From the NCBI GenBank assembly GCA_965261735.1, contig OZ253470.1, positions 832,001 to 896,000 on the forward strand: DNA of 64,000 bases, read 5' to 3'. The notes beneath the pieces are model-generated. The model saw only the letters and a list, made by a program, of their open reading frames with translations, was not told the origin of the DNA and did no database searches. Positions within the stretch are counted from its first letter, which is position 1, and each line of letters opens with the position of its first letter. Positions 10,634 through 20,930 of this stretch are shown here, piece by piece. The translations under genes were made by a program, and so were the position numbers. Origin of the DNA: Alphaproteobacteria bacterium (GTDB lineage Bacteria; Pseudomonadota; Alphaproteobacteria; SHVV01).

Positions 10634-11340
10634 AGCAGCCGGCCCTCGAGAAAGGCGGCGCCGGCCGCGCTTTCCGGCCCGTCGAAGAAGCTCGGCGCCG
10701 GCGCGCGCTCGGTGACGCGGCCGGCGTGCATGAACACGATCTCATCGGCGAGGCGGCGGGCCTGGGCGAGGTCGTGGGTGGTCATGACGATCTTGGTGCC
10801 GGCGGCGTGGATTTCCTCGATGATGGCCTCGACTTGGGCGGTCGCGCCGGGGTCGAGGCTGGCCGTCGGCTCGTCGAGGAAGATGATTTCGGGCTCGGTG
10901 GCCCAGGCGCGCGCGAGCGCGAGCCGCTGGCGCTCCCCGCCCGACAGCACCTGCGCCGGCCGTGCCGCGAGCCCTTCGAGCCCGGCACGGGCGAGCGCCT
11001 TGTCGGTTCGCGTTGGCCGCTGCGCCGCGGGCACGCCCTGCAGCTTGAGGCCGTAGGCGACGTTGGCGCGTACCGAGCGGCGCAACATTACCGGCCGCTC
11101 GAAGACCATGGCCTGGCGCCGGCGGGCGTCGGCGCCGTTGCCGCCCGCCCACCGGACCGTGCCCTGCGAAGGCGCGATCAGGCCGTGGCACAGGCGCAGC
11201 AGAAGGCTCTTGCCGGCGCCGTTCGGTCCCAGGATCACAGTCTTGGGGCGGGCCGCGATCTCGAGCGAGACGGCGTCGATGAGCGTGAGGGTGCCTGAGC
11301 GGTACGACACCGCGTCGAGGACGAGGGGGAAGATCGTCAC
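10627..11340 (-). CDS. tupC: Tungstate ABC transporter ATPase
   Basis: GPNGAGKS, LSGGE, LDEPT; between tupB and tupA. Confidence 0.88.
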   Translation of the reverse strand: MTIFPLVLDAVSYRSGTLTLIDAVSLEIAARPKTVILGPNGAGKSLLLRLCHGLIAPSQGTVRWAGGNGADARRRQAMVFERPVMLRRSVRANVAYGLKLQGVPAAQRPTRTDKALARAGLEGLAARPAQVLSGGERQRLALARAWATEPEIIFLDEPTASLDPGATAQVEAIIEEIHAAGTKIVMTTHDLAQARRLADEIVFMHAGRVTERAPAPSFFDGPESAAGAAFLEGRLLW

Positions 11341-11343
11341 GCT

Positions 11344-12048
11344 TCAGGCGCGTCCGTAGGCGGAGACGCCGCCGAAGGCCACGGCGCCCGCGTTCACGCC
11401 GACGGCGATCAGCACCAGCACGATGCCGAGCGCGAGCGCGAGCGCGAGATTGCCCTTGCTGGTCTCGAGCGCGATGGTGGTGGTCATGACCCGGGTCGAA
11501 TGGGCGATGTTGCCGCCGACGATGAGCACCGCGCCCACCTCCGCGCTGGCCCGGCCGAAGCCCGCCATGACCGCGGTGATGAGGCTGAGCCGGGCATCCG
11601 CGATGAGGGTCCAAACCGCGTCCCACGGCCGCGCCCCGAGGGAGCGCAGTTGCTCGCTGTACTCGTCATAGAGCGTGCGCGTGATCTGGTGCGACAGGGC
11701 CGCGATGATCGGCGCGATGAGGATGGCCTGGGCCGCGATCATGGCGCCGGGCGTGTACAGCATGCCGAGGAACCCGAGCGGGCCCGCGCGCGATAGCAGG
11801 AGGTACACGATCAGCCCGACGAACACCGGCGGCAGGCCCATCAGCGCATTGAGCAGCACGACCAAAACTTTGCGGCCGGGAAACCGGTAGACCGCGATGA
11901 GGGCGCCGAGCGGCAGGCCGAGCACCGAGGCGATGAGCACCGCGCTCAGGCTGACGTAGAGCGAGCGGCGGACGATCTCGGCGAGCTCGGGATCGAGCGA
12001 CAGGATAAGATCGAGCGCCAGGGCGAACGCGGTGGCAAGGTCCGACAT
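11344..12048 (-). CDS. tupB: Tungstate ABC transporter permease
   Basis: LMGLPPVFVGL, GFGRASAEVGAVLIVGGNI, TTTIALETSKG. Confidence 0.9.
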   Translation of the reverse strand: MSDLATAFALALDLILSLDPELAEIVRRSLYVSLSAVLIASVLGLPLGALIAVYRFPGRKVLVVLLNALMGLPPVFVGLIVYLLLSRAGPLGFLGMLYTPGAMIAAQAILIAPIIAALSHQITRTLYDEYSEQLRSLGARPWDAVWTLIADARLSLITAVMAGFGRASAEVGAVLIVGGNIAHSTRVMTTTIALETSKGNLALALALGIVLVLIAVGVNAGAVAFGGVSAYGRA

Positions 12049-12146
12049 GTCATCCCCCACGGATCGGTTTCAAGTCGCGGCTGTCCGGTTTAGTGTATCG
12101 CGAGGAGCGCCTGATGGTCGGCGCAGGGTACGAGGAAGCGAGCGCC

Positions 12147-13991
12147 ATGGCGAAGGCCGGGAGTAGCGATCGGGCCCGCCGGGGTGGTGGCACCGCGCTG
12201 GGCGCAGTTCTCGCCCTCGCCGCCGGCTTAGCCTTGGCGTCGCCGGCGGCGGCGGAGTCGGCGCACGGCATCGCCATGCACGGCGCCCCGAAGTATGGGC
12301 CGGCCTTCGCCCACCTCGACTACGCCAACCCCGACGCGCCCAAGGGCGGCACGCTCAGGCTCGGAGTGACCGGCTCGTTCGACACCCTCAATCCCTTCAT
12401 CATCAAGGGGGTACCGGCCGCGGGGCGCCACTACGTGTTCGAGAGCTTGCTCAAGCGCACCTGGGACGAACCGTTCTCGCTCTACGGATCGATCGCCGCG
12501 AGCGTCGAGGTGCCGGACGACCGCTCGTGGGTCGCTTTCACCCTGCGCCCCGAGGCGCGCTGGCACGACGGCAGCCCGATCACGGCGGACGACGTCGTGT
12601 TCTCCTTCGAGACGCTGAGGGACCAGGGCCGCCCCAATCACCGCCTCTTCTACGGCAAGGTCGCGCACATCGAGCAGCCCGATCCGCGCACCGTGAAGTT
12701 CGTCTTCGGGCCCGAGGGCGATCGCGAGCTGCCCCTCATCATGGGGCTGATGCCGATCATCTCGAAGGCGTACTACACGGCGGCCGACTTCACCAAGAGC
12801 ACGCTCGAGCCGCCGCTCGGCAACGGCCCCTACCGCATCGAGTCGGTCGATCCCGGGCGGTCCATCGTCTACCGCCGCGTCACCGACTACTGGGCCCGCG
12901 ATCTGCCGATCAACCGCGGCCATTACAACTTCGAGCGCGTCCGCTACGACTATTACCGCGACTCGACGGTGCTGATGGAGGCGTTTACCTCGGGCGACTA
13001 CGATCTGCGGCGCGAGGGCTCGGCGGTGCGCTGGGCGACCGCCTACGGCATTCCCGCGGTAGCCGACGGACGCGTCAAGCGTGAGCTCCTGCCGCACCGC
13101 CGCCCCGCCGGCATGCGGGCGTTCGTCTTCAATACCCGGCGCGCGCTGTTCGCCGACCGCCGGGTGCGCGAGGCGCTCGGCTTCGCCTTCGACTTCGAGT
13201 GGCTGAACGAGAACCTGCTGCACGGCGCCTATGTGCGCACCGATAGCTACTTCGCGAACTCGGAACTCGCCTCGCGCGGGGCCCCGTCGGTGCGCGAACA
13301 GGCCCTCCTCACGCCCTACCGCGGCCGGCTCGCGGACGAGGTGTTCACCCGCGCCTTCGTCCCGCCCGCGACCGACGGCACCGGCAACGTGCGCGAGAAC
13401 CTCAAGGCGGCGCGCGCGCTCCTCGGCGAAGCCGGCTGGCGGGTGCGCGAGGGTGCGCTGCGCGATGGCGCGAGCCGCGCCTTCGCCTTCGAGATCATGC
13501 TGGTCCGCCCCGACAACGAGCGCATCGCGCTCGCCTACGTGCGCAACCTCGAGCGCCTCGGCATTTCGGCCCGCGTGCGCACCGTCGACACCGCCCAGTA
13601 CGAGGCACGGCGGCGGGCCTACGACTACGACATGATCATCCACCGCTGGGGCGTGACGCTCTCGCCCGGTAACGAACAGGCATACTACTGGGGCTCGGAA
13701 GCGGCGGTGCGCGAGGGCACGCGCAACTACGCCGGCATCAGCGATCCCGCGATCGACGGATTGATCGCCCACGTAACGGCGGCGCGCGAGCGCGCTTCGC
13801 TCGTCGCCGGGATTCGTGCGCTCGACCGCGCGCTGCTCTGGGGACATTACGTGGTGCCGCTCTATCACCTGACGAGCGATCGCGTCGCCTATTGGGACCT
13901 GTTCGGCCGCCCGCAGCTGACGCCGCTCTACGGATACGTGATCGAGACCTGGTGGCGCGACCCAGCGCGGGCCGCCGCGCTCGGCCGCTAG
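12147..13991 (+). CDS. YejA-like peptide ABC transporter substrate-binding protein (family 5), orphan
   Basis: HGIAMHGAPKY, YANPDAPKGG, FDTLNPFI, SPGNEQ..YWGS. Confidence 0.88.
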   Translation: MAKAGSSDRARRGGGTALGAVLALAAGLALASPAAAESAHGIAMHGAPKYGPAFAHLDYANPDAPKGGTLRLGVTGSFDTLNPFIIKGVPAAGRHYVFESLLKRTWDEPFSLYGSIAASVEVPDDRSWVAFTLRPEARWHDGSPITADDVVFSFETLRDQGRPNHRLFYGKVAHIEQPDPRTVKFVFGPEGDRELPLIMGLMPIISKAYYTAADFTKSTLEPPLGNGPYRIESVDPGRSIVYRRVTDYWARDLPINRGHYNFERVRYDYYRDSTVLMEAFTSGDYDLRREGSAVRWATAYGIPAVADGRVKRELLPHRRPAGMRAFVFNTRRALFADRRVREALGFAFDFEWLNENLLHGAYVRTDSYFANSELASRGAPSVREQALLTPYRGRLADEVFTRAFVPPATDGTGNVRENLKAARALLGEAGWRVREGALRDGASRAFAFEIMLVRPDNERIALAYVRNLERLGISARVRTVDTAQYEARRRAYDYDMIIHRWGVTLSPGNEQAYYWGSEAAVREGTRNYAGISDPAIDGLIAHVTAARERASLVAGIRALDRALLWGHYVVPLYHLTSDRVAYWDLFGRPQLTPLYGYVIETWWRDPARAAALGR

Positions 13992-14054
13992 GGTGTGGGT
14001 CATATGGCGCCGCTCGCGACGCGGAGCAGCCATTAGGGCAGCGGGCGTGAACGG

Positions 14055-14249
14055 TTAGCCGCCGCCGAAAACGGCCGGAGGAACGAGCGTCCCTTTGGCC
14101 AGCCACACACCGGCAACGAGATAGCAAATCGCCGACGCTCCCGAAGAAATCGTTCGAACGTGGTTCCAGAAACTCCAGTTCGGCACGTAGGTCTTCCAGT
14201 ACAACGCGACTTCGGAGCCGGAAAAATCCAAGGCATCGAGTCGTTGGTT
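14055..14249 (-). pseudogene. 3' remnant of a DUF1772/anthrone-oxygenase-like membrane protein
   Basis: Manual translation NQRLDALDFSGSEVALYWKTYVPNWSFWNHVRTISS..GGG*; no start; truncated at an IS1595 IR relic. Confidence 0.7.
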
Positions 14250-14250
14250 C

Positions 14251-14262
14251 CTTGCCTATCCG
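14251..14262. mobile_element. Relic IS1595 terminus
   Basis: CTTGCCTATCCG is identical to the first 12 nt of the IR of the IS1595 copies in this window. Confidence 0.7.
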
Positions 14263-14269
14263 CAGGAGA

Positions 14270-14399
14270 GATATATCGAGACGATTAAATCATTGGCGCG
14301 GCGCACTTTCGTGGCGGCGGGAGCGACGGCGCGACGATAGTCGAAATAGTGCGCCGTCTGCCGAAGGTCTTGACAAACATATCGGACGATACATATTTT
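14270..14399 (+). promoter_or_regulatory. Sigma70-type promoter with two putative PadR operators
   Basis: TTGACA (14370)-N18-TATTTT; inverted repeat TATCG-ga-CGATA inside the spacer; similar ATCG-aga-CGAT near 14275. Confidence 0.55.
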
Positions 14400-14425
14400 T
14401 GAGTCACACTGACAGGGAGACCGCT

Positions 14426-14986
14426 ATGTACCGCCGGCACTGGCGCCACCGTATGCACCATATGGCAAGGGACGCGCACCGCTTCGGGCCCTGGTCGCTC
14501 GAGGGCAAGTTCTTCGAGCGTGGCGAGGTACGCCTCGCCCTACTGTCATTGCTCGCCGATGGGCCACGCCATGGTTACGAGTTGATGACCGCGATCGAGG
14601 AGCGTTCAGGCGGGCTTCACCGTCCCTCGGCGGGAACCATCTATCCCACCCTGCAGCAACTGCAGGACGAGGAGCTCGTCATCTCGCGCGAGGTCGACGG
14701 CGGCAAGCGGATTTACGAACTAACCGAAGCTGGCCGCGCGCTCCTGGTCGACGAGGCGTCACGCGTTGAGGAGATCTGGGCACGTTCCAAGGACGAGGAA
14801 TGGGGCGGCTGGGTCGATGCCATGCATCCCGGCGCAGCCGAAATCGTGAAGCCGGCCTTTCGTCTGATGCGTACCGCCGTTCGCGCGACAGCGCGGGCAC
14901 ACGATCCGGAACGCAGGGAACGCGTGCGCGCCATCCTTGTCGATGCCGAACAGAAGATCCGCTCGCTCAAGGGGGACAGCGGCTAG
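14426..14986 (+). CDS. PadR-family transcriptional regulator
   Basis: GEVRLALLSLL..PRHGYELM..PSAGTIYPTLQQL..KRIYELT; GGAG RBS. Confidence 0.9.
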   Translation: MYRRHWRHRMHHMARDAHRFGPWSLEGKFFERGEVRLALLSLLADGPRHGYELMTAIEERSGGLHRPSAGTIYPTLQQLQDEELVISREVDGGKRIYELTEAGRALLVDEASRVEEIWARSKDEEWGGWVDAMHPGAAEIVKPAFRLMRTAVRATARAHDPERRERVRAILVDAEQKIRSLKGDSG

Positions 14987-15066
14987 CTTGGGCGACAGCG
15001 AAGTCCAAGGGGACCTGAGGTCAGGTTCCCCCGGTGCGGGAGGTTATCTGAGAAATGTCGGGTTCG

Positions 15067-15356
15067 ATGTCTGAGCAAGGCGTTCGCCATATCGCACTTA
15101 AGACCAGGGACCTCGACGCAACCGAGCGGTTCTACATTGGCTTCCTCGGACTCGAGCATATGTTTCCCGTAGACGGCATGCTGTTTCTCCAGACCCCTGG
15201 CGGCGGTGACGTTCTGAACTTCATCCAGACTGAGGAGCGCTTCGAGCCAAAGGCCGGAGGCCTCGACCACTTCGGCATCCACGTGCCCGAGAGTGACTGG
15301 AGCCAACTCCCGGAACAGCTTGAGCGGGCCGGCGTGCCCATTCAGGGGCGGCGAGG
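15067..15356 (+). pseudogene. VOC/glyoxalase-family protein, C-terminally truncated
   Basis: VRHIALKTRDL..FY..GLDHFGIHV; the final YxxDPxG strand is absent and the frame runs into the antisense of the T1SS gene tail. Confidence 0.7.
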
Positions 15357-17322
15357 CGAGGCCGCGGCCGGCTCGGGCGCGTCGGCGGCCGGCTCCGTGG
15401 CGTCCCCGGTGACCGCGGGCTCGGACGCGTCGCTCTCCGGCCCCGCCGCTGCATCCGTTGGCTTGGCAGGCGGCAGCGGGCGGGGCGGCCGCGTTGCCGA
15501 TTGGCGCCGGCTTGGGCTTGGGTGGTGCGCCCGTTGACGCCGCCGCCGCGGGCGCGCCCGCCCGTGCCTTGGCGCCGGCGCCGGGTGCCGCCGCCGGCTT
15601 GGCCGCACGGACCGGTGTGGCGAGCAGTTGCGGCAGCACGTCCTCCGGGCGACCGGCGCGCACTAGCCGGCCCTTCTACAGTACCAGGATCTGATCGCTT
15701 GCCGTCAACATGGCGGCGCTGTGGGACACGACGATGACAGTGCGACCCTCGGCGGCCAGCGCGCGCAAGCCCTTCGCCAACGCCTGCTCGCCGTCTCGGT
15801 CGAGGTTGCTCGACGGCTCATCGAGGATGATGACGGGTGGCTCGCCGACAAAGGCGCGGGCGATGGCCAGCCGTTGGCGCAAGCCGCCGGGGAGCCGGCG
15901 TCCGGCCTCGCCGATGTCGGTTCCGTAGCCATCGGGCAGCTCGATCACGTGCTCGTGGAGCCCGGCGCGCCGCGCTGCTTCGGTAATCTCGTCGTCGCTG
16001 GCATCGGGGTGGCCCTTGGCGATGTTGTCGCGAATCGAGCCTGTGAAAAGGAATACCTCCTGCGGCACGTAACCGATCCAGGACGCGAGATTGCGGCGCG
16101 TGAACTGAGTCAAATCGGCGCCGTCCATCAGGACGCGGCCGTCCGTCGGCTGGTAGAGGCCCTGCAGCAGCTTGACCAACGTGGTCTTGCCACTGCCGTT
16201 GGCCCCCATGATGGCGACCATCGAACCCGGCTTGATGCTGAGCCTGAGATTGTCGACGACCGGCGCGCCTTCATCCTCATAGGAGAAGCTCGCGTGGTCG
16301 ACCGTGAGCTCGCCCTTGGGCCGGCCCATGTCGATGGCCATCTCCTGGCGCTCCTCGGGCATTCGAAACACCTCGCCCAGGCGATTCACCGCCTGCTGGA
16401 ACTGCGCGTAGTTGCGCCATGAGCCGACGAGCTGGTTGAACGGCCCGAGCACGCGGCCGACCAGCATGTTGGCGGCAATGAGCGAGCCGATCGTCATGTC
16501 CTGGTTGATGATCGCAAGCGCCCCGACGGCGGTCAATGACACCTGGCTCAACATGGTGAGCCCGGCTCCGAAATTGACGTACTTGTCGGCCGAGCCGCCG
16601 CGATCGAGGGCCTGCTCGATCGTGTCGGCGTGGCGATCCTCCCAGATCGGGCGGATCGAATCCTCCAGGGCCAGCGCCTTTACGGTGGTGCGCCCAGTCA
16701 CCATTTCCTGCACGAGCGCATCGCGCCCGTAGCCGACTTTGCGCTCGGCCGAGCTGCGCTCGCTCAGCACCCGCGCCGATCGCCATGCGAGCAGCACGAA
16801 GGTCGGGAGAATGAGGGCCAGCACCCACACGATGGGGGCCGCAATGAGGACGATCAGGGCAACGAACAAGACCGCGAATGGAAGGTCGGCGACGAGCATG
16901 GCCGAGGGCCCGGAGAGCGTGTTGCGGACCATTTCGACATCGCGGAAGAGGGCCTGCCAATAGGCGTTGGGCTTGGCCTCCAGGTCGCGCAAGGGAAGCG
17001 CGAGCAGCTTCTCGAACAGCTTGCGGCCGACGCCGACATCAAGCCGCAGCGCCGCCTTTTGCATGATCCGGCTGCGCGCCTGCCGAAGGATGTGGTCGAA
17101 CAGGACGACGAAGGAGATGCCGATCAGCAGGCCCTGCAGCGTGCTGAGGCCGGAATGAAAAATCACGCGGTCGTAAACCTGCAGCGTGAAGACGGGCACC
17201 GCGAGCGCGAGCGCGTTGACGAAGAACGACATCACCAGTACTTCGCGGAAAATCGGCCGCAGTGGCGTGACGAAGGGCCTGAGCCAGCCGCGCGACCTGG
17301 CGTCCTGGGCGCTGTCGCTCAT
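15357..17322 (-). pseudogene. Type I secretion ABC transporter (permease/ATPase) with premature TAG at 15676-15678
   Basis: LQVYDRVI, GANGSGKT, ILDEPSSNLD; ..DQILVL*KGRLVRAGRPEDVL continues in frame into an Ala/Pro-rich tail. Confidence 0.8.
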
Positions 17323-17522
17323 GCCCGCTATATGACCCGTTCACGTCCAAGGCGGCAACGAAAAAATTCGTGATTTCAAAGGCGGGCGCCCGAGTCTTGA
17401 CACGGGACGCGACCCGCGCGCAGCCCGCGCCGCGTCTTGGGTGTGGGCTCGGGCGATGCCGTGCTTGACCGATGGGCGCCGGGCGACGACCATGCGCGCC
17501 GGTTCCCCAACCGGCCGTCGCC

Positions 17523-17945
17523 ATGGCAACCGCAGCCCCTTCCACGCCGCCGCCCGCCGGCTTCGCGGTGCTCGACTTGCCGGGCGGCTTCGAGGCGCTG
17601 ACCGGCCCGCTCTACGTCGCCGACGGCGGCACGCGCTTCGCCTTTCGCGCCGGCTCCCAGCACACCAACCCCGACGGCGCGGTCCATGGCGGCATGCTGA
17701 TGAGCTTCATGGACGACGTGCTCGCGCTCACGCTCCTGGGCGCGCTCGAGACGCGCGCGCCGGTGGCCACCGTGAGCTTCGCCTGCGACTTTCTGAGCCC
17801 GGCCCGGCCGGGCGACTGGATCGAGGGCGCGGGCGAACTCACCGGCCGGACGCGCAGCCTCGCGTTCTTGAGCGGCCGGCTGACCACCGGCGAGCGCGGC
17901 GTGCTCTCGGCACGGGCCGTGTGGCGCCTGCCGTCCGCGAGGTAA
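17523..17945 (+). CDS. PaaI-family thioesterase
   Basis: HTNPDGAVHGGMLMSFMD hotdog motif. Confidence 0.85.
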   Translation: MATAAPSTPPPAGFAVLDLPGGFEALTGPLYVADGGTRFAFRAGSQHTNPDGAVHGGMLMSFMDDVLALTLLGALETRAPVATVSFACDFLSPARPGDWIEGAGELTGRTRSLAFLSGRLTTGERGVLSARAVWRLPSAR

Positions 17946-18802
17946 TGTCCATGGCGATCGAGTACGACTCCCTCAAGGCCCTCGCCTTCGCCCCGCGCGA
18001 GCGTACCTACGGCGCCGACGACGCGATCCTTTATGCGCTCGGCCTCGGTCTCGGCTCGGACCCGATGGATGCGGACGAGCTGCGCTACGTCACCGAGACG
18101 GACCTGTTGGTGTTGCCGAGCCTGGCCACGGTGCTGGTCCAGGGCGAGCCGTGGCAGCCCGCGGCCGGCATCGCCATGACGCACGTCCTCCACGGCGAGC
18201 AGCGCCTGACGTTGCACCGGCCATTGCCGGCGCAGGCCAGCGTGGTCGATGCGCGCCGGGTGAGCGGCATCGTCGACAAGAGCCCGGATAGTGCGGCGCT
18301 CATCGAGGTCACGCAGGACATATTCGCGCGCGGCTCGGACGAGCCGATCGCGACGCTCGTCAACGTGACCTTCGCCCGCGGCCTCGGTGGCTTTGGCGGG
18401 CCCACGGAGTCTCTCGCACCGCCGCATGCGGTGCCGGGGACCGCGCCGGATGCGCACGTCGATCACCGGATCCCACCGCAGGCGGCGCTCATCTACCGCC
18501 TGAGCGGCGATCGCAACCGCCTCCACAGCGACCCCGCGTTCGCGCGCGAAGCCGGGTTCGAGCGGCCGATCCTGCACGGCCTGTGCACCTACGGCATCGC
18601 CTGCTACGCGATCGTGAAGACCTGGTGCGCGGGCGCGCCCGAGCGACTCACCGCCCTCGATGCACGGTTCACCGCGCCCGTCTACCCGGGCGAGACGCTG
18701 CGCACCGAGATGTGGCGCGACGGCGCCACCGTCTCCTTCCGCTGCCGCGTGCCCGCGCGCGCCGCCCTCGTCATCGACAACGGCCGCGCGACGCTGGGTT
18801 AG
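17945..18802 (+). CDS. Double-hotdog MaoC/MFE-2-type (R)-enoyl-CoA hydratase
   Basis: AILYALGLG, LHGEQ, YRLSGDRNRLHSDP..ILHGLCTYG. Confidence 0.9.
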   Translation: MSMAIEYDSLKALAFAPRERTYGADDAILYALGLGLGSDPMDADELRYVTETDLLVLPSLATVLVQGEPWQPAAGIAMTHVLHGEQRLTLHRPLPAQASVVDARRVSGIVDKSPDSAALIEVTQDIFARGSDEPIATLVNVTFARGLGGFGGPTESLAPPHAVPGTAPDAHVDHRIPPQAALIYRLSGDRNRLHSDPAFAREAGFERPILHGLCTYGIACYAIVKTWCAGAPERLTALDARFTAPVYPGETLRTEMWRDGATVSFRCRVPARAALVIDNGRATLG

Positions 18803-18820
18803 CGTGCGGCCTGTTCGGGC

Positions 18821-19243
18821 TCAGCCGAGGATCTTGAGCGCCGCCTCGGCACACTCCATGTCCTGGCTGTAGTGGCCGCCGCTGACGCCGAGGCCACCGA
18901 CGATGGCACCGCCCACTGTTACCGGATAGCCGCCGCCGAAGATGATGAGGTCCTCGATGTTGAGCGCGCCGGCAGCGAGCGGCGGGTCGTCCTTGATGAA
19001 GTCGTGCCAGGCATGCGTCGGCATGCCGAAGCCGGCCGCCGTCTTGGCCTTGTTGTGGGCGACGTCGACGGCCAATAGCGCCGCGCCGTCCATGCGCAGG
19101 AACGCCTTGCGCACGCCGCTTTCATCGCACACGTCGATCGCCATCGGCACGCCCATCTCGCCCGCCTTCTCGGCGGCCGCCATGATCAGCCGCGTCGCGA
19201 GATCGGCGGAAATGCTCTGCTTCGTCGTGGTTTCACCGGCCAT
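18821..19243 (-). CDS. GlcG/HbpS-family heme-binding protein
   Basis: RMDGA..AHNKAKTA..GGLGVSGG..QD. Confidence 0.88.
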   Translation of the reverse strand: MAGETTTKQSISADLATRLIMAAAEKAGEMGVPMAIDVCDESGVRKAFLRMDGAALLAVDVAHNKAKTAAGFGMPTHAWHDFIKDDPPLAAGALNIEDLIIFGGGYPVTVGGAIVGGLGVSGGHYSQDMECAEAALKILG

Positions 19244-19369
19244 CGTTCCCTCCCTCGGAGTGTTCCTTTAGACCGCCGTCGCGGCGGCGCGAGACTAACA
19301 AATGACGCCGGCGATGAATAGCGGGGGCGCGTTTCAGTCGCGGGCTTCCGGCTCTTTCTGCTGCGACGG

Positions 19370-19666
19370 CTAGATCAGGTCGCCGAGCTTGAGGGCGAGG
19401 CTCATGGCGCCGTCGACCTTGAGCTTACCCATCATGAAGGCGGTGGTCGGGTTGAGCTCGCCCGCGATCATGTCGTTGAAATCGTCGAGCGCCATCCTGA
19501 TCGTGCAGTCGGCCTCGCGGTCCTCGTTGCTCACGCGGTTGGGGACCGAGGCTGCGTCGACGAAGATCACGCCGTCGGCGCCAAAGTCGAACTTGACGGT
19601 GGCGCCGAGGCCAGAGTCCTCGCCCACGCGTTCGCGGAACGATTGGGTGAGCGCATCGATAGTCAT
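19370..19666 (-). CDS. SCP2 sterol/lipid carrier protein
   Basis: ADCTI..LNPTTAFMMGKLKVDG. Confidence 0.9.
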   Translation of the reverse strand: MTIDALTQSFRERVGEDSGLGATVKFDFGADGVIFVDAASVPNRVSNEDREADCTIRMALDDFNDMIAGELNPTTAFMMGKLKVDGAMSLALKLGDLI

Positions 19667-19684
19667 GGCGGCCTCCTCGGCGGA

Positions 19685-20878
19685 TCAGATGACGCCGTCT
19701 GCCTTGAGCGCGACGATGGCTGCCGCGTCGTAGCCGAGGGAGTCGAGTATCTCGTCGGTGTGCTCACCGTGGAGCGGCGCGTGGCGGTCGATGGTGAAGG
19801 TGAAGTCGCTGAACTTGATGGGAAAGGCGAACTGGCGCACGGGGCCGTCGGTAGGGTGGTCGTAGCCCGCGAACATGCCGCGCGCGATGAGCTGCTCGTT
19901 CTCGAAGCTCTCGGCCATGTCGAGAACCGGCGCGAGGCAGCAATCGACGCGCTCGGCGAAGGCGATCCAGTGCGCTTGCGGCTCGCCCTCGAAGATCGCC
20001 GCCACCTCGGCCCGGACCGCATCGCCCGCCTCGTCCCAGCTTCGGCCCTTGTCCGCCAGGTCGGGTCGCCCGACGCCCTCGCAGAAGGCGTGCCAGAACT
20101 TGTCCTCGAGCGCGCCCAGGCTCATGTGGCGCGCATCCTTCGTCTCGTAGATGCCGTAGCACGGGAGGCCGCCTGAGATGTAGTCGTCGCCGCGGGCGCG
20201 CGTCTGCCCGAGCGCCTCGATGCGCGCCAGCGTGATGACGGCGTGGGCGAGCGTACAGTCGGTCATGGCGACGTCGACGTAGCGCCCCCTTCCGCTGCGC
20301 TGCGCGTCGACGAGGGCGGCCAGTATCCCCATCGCGCAGCTCAACGTACCGCCCGCGAGGTCGGCGATCTGGAAGTTGGGCACCGCCGGCGGCCCGCCCT
20401 TGACGCCGATCTGGTCGGCGACGCCCGCGTAGGCGCAGTAGTTGACGTCGTGGCCGGCGCGTAGTCGGTAGGGCCCGTCCTGGCCGTAGCCGGAGAGCGC
20501 GCAGTAGACGATGCGCGCATTGAGCGCCTTGATCGCCTCGTAGCCGATGCCGAGCCGGTCGACGACGCCCGGCCGGAAGCTCTCGAAGATCACGTCGGCG
20601 CCCTTGGCGAGCGCCAGGAACACCTCCTTGCCAGCGGGCTTCTTGAGGTCGAGCTTAATCGCCCGCTTGTTGCGCCCGACCGTGAGGTAGAAGGCGGAGT
20701 GCAACGTCTTCTTGGGCTCGATCCAGCGCGAGTAGTCGCCGACCCCGGTGTCCTCGACCTTGATCACGTCGGCGCCCATGTCGGCGAGGTGCGTGGTACA
20801 AAGCGCACCCGGCAACAGCCGCGACAGGTCGATCACCCGGATACCGGCCAGCGGCTTGTCGCGCTTAGCGTTCGCCAT
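19685..20878 (-). CDS. CaiB/BaiF family III CoA-transferase (AMACR-like)
   Basis: PLAGIRVIDLSRLLPG, ESFRPGVVDRLGIGY, AGHDVNY, IADLAGG. Confidence 0.9.
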   Translation of the reverse strand: MANAKRDKPLAGIRVIDLSRLLPGALCTTHLADMGADVIKVEDTGVGDYSRWIEPKKTLHSAFYLTVGRNKRAIKLDLKKPAGKEVFLALAKGADVIFESFRPGVVDRLGIGYEAIKALNARIVYCALSGYGQDGPYRLRAGHDVNYCAYAGVADQIGVKGGPPAVPNFQIADLAGGTLSCAMGILAALVDAQRSGRGRYVDVAMTDCTLAHAVITLARIEALGQTRARGDDYISGGLPCYGIYETKDARHMSLGALEDKFWHAFCEGVGRPDLADKGRSWDEAGDAVRAEVAAIFEGEPQAHWIAFAERVDCCLAPVLDMAESFENEQLIARGMFAGYDHPTDGPVRQFAFPIKFSDFTFTIDRHAPLHGEHTDEILDSLGYDAAAIVALKADGVI

Positions 20879-20930
20879 GGGATCCCTCTCGGTTGATGGC
20901 ACGCGGACGCACCGACACCGTCCGCCTCGT

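Noticed and set aside
12049-12146. Moco/tungsten riboswitch upstream of tupB
   Set aside because: Short divergent intergenic region without recognisable riboswitch motifs
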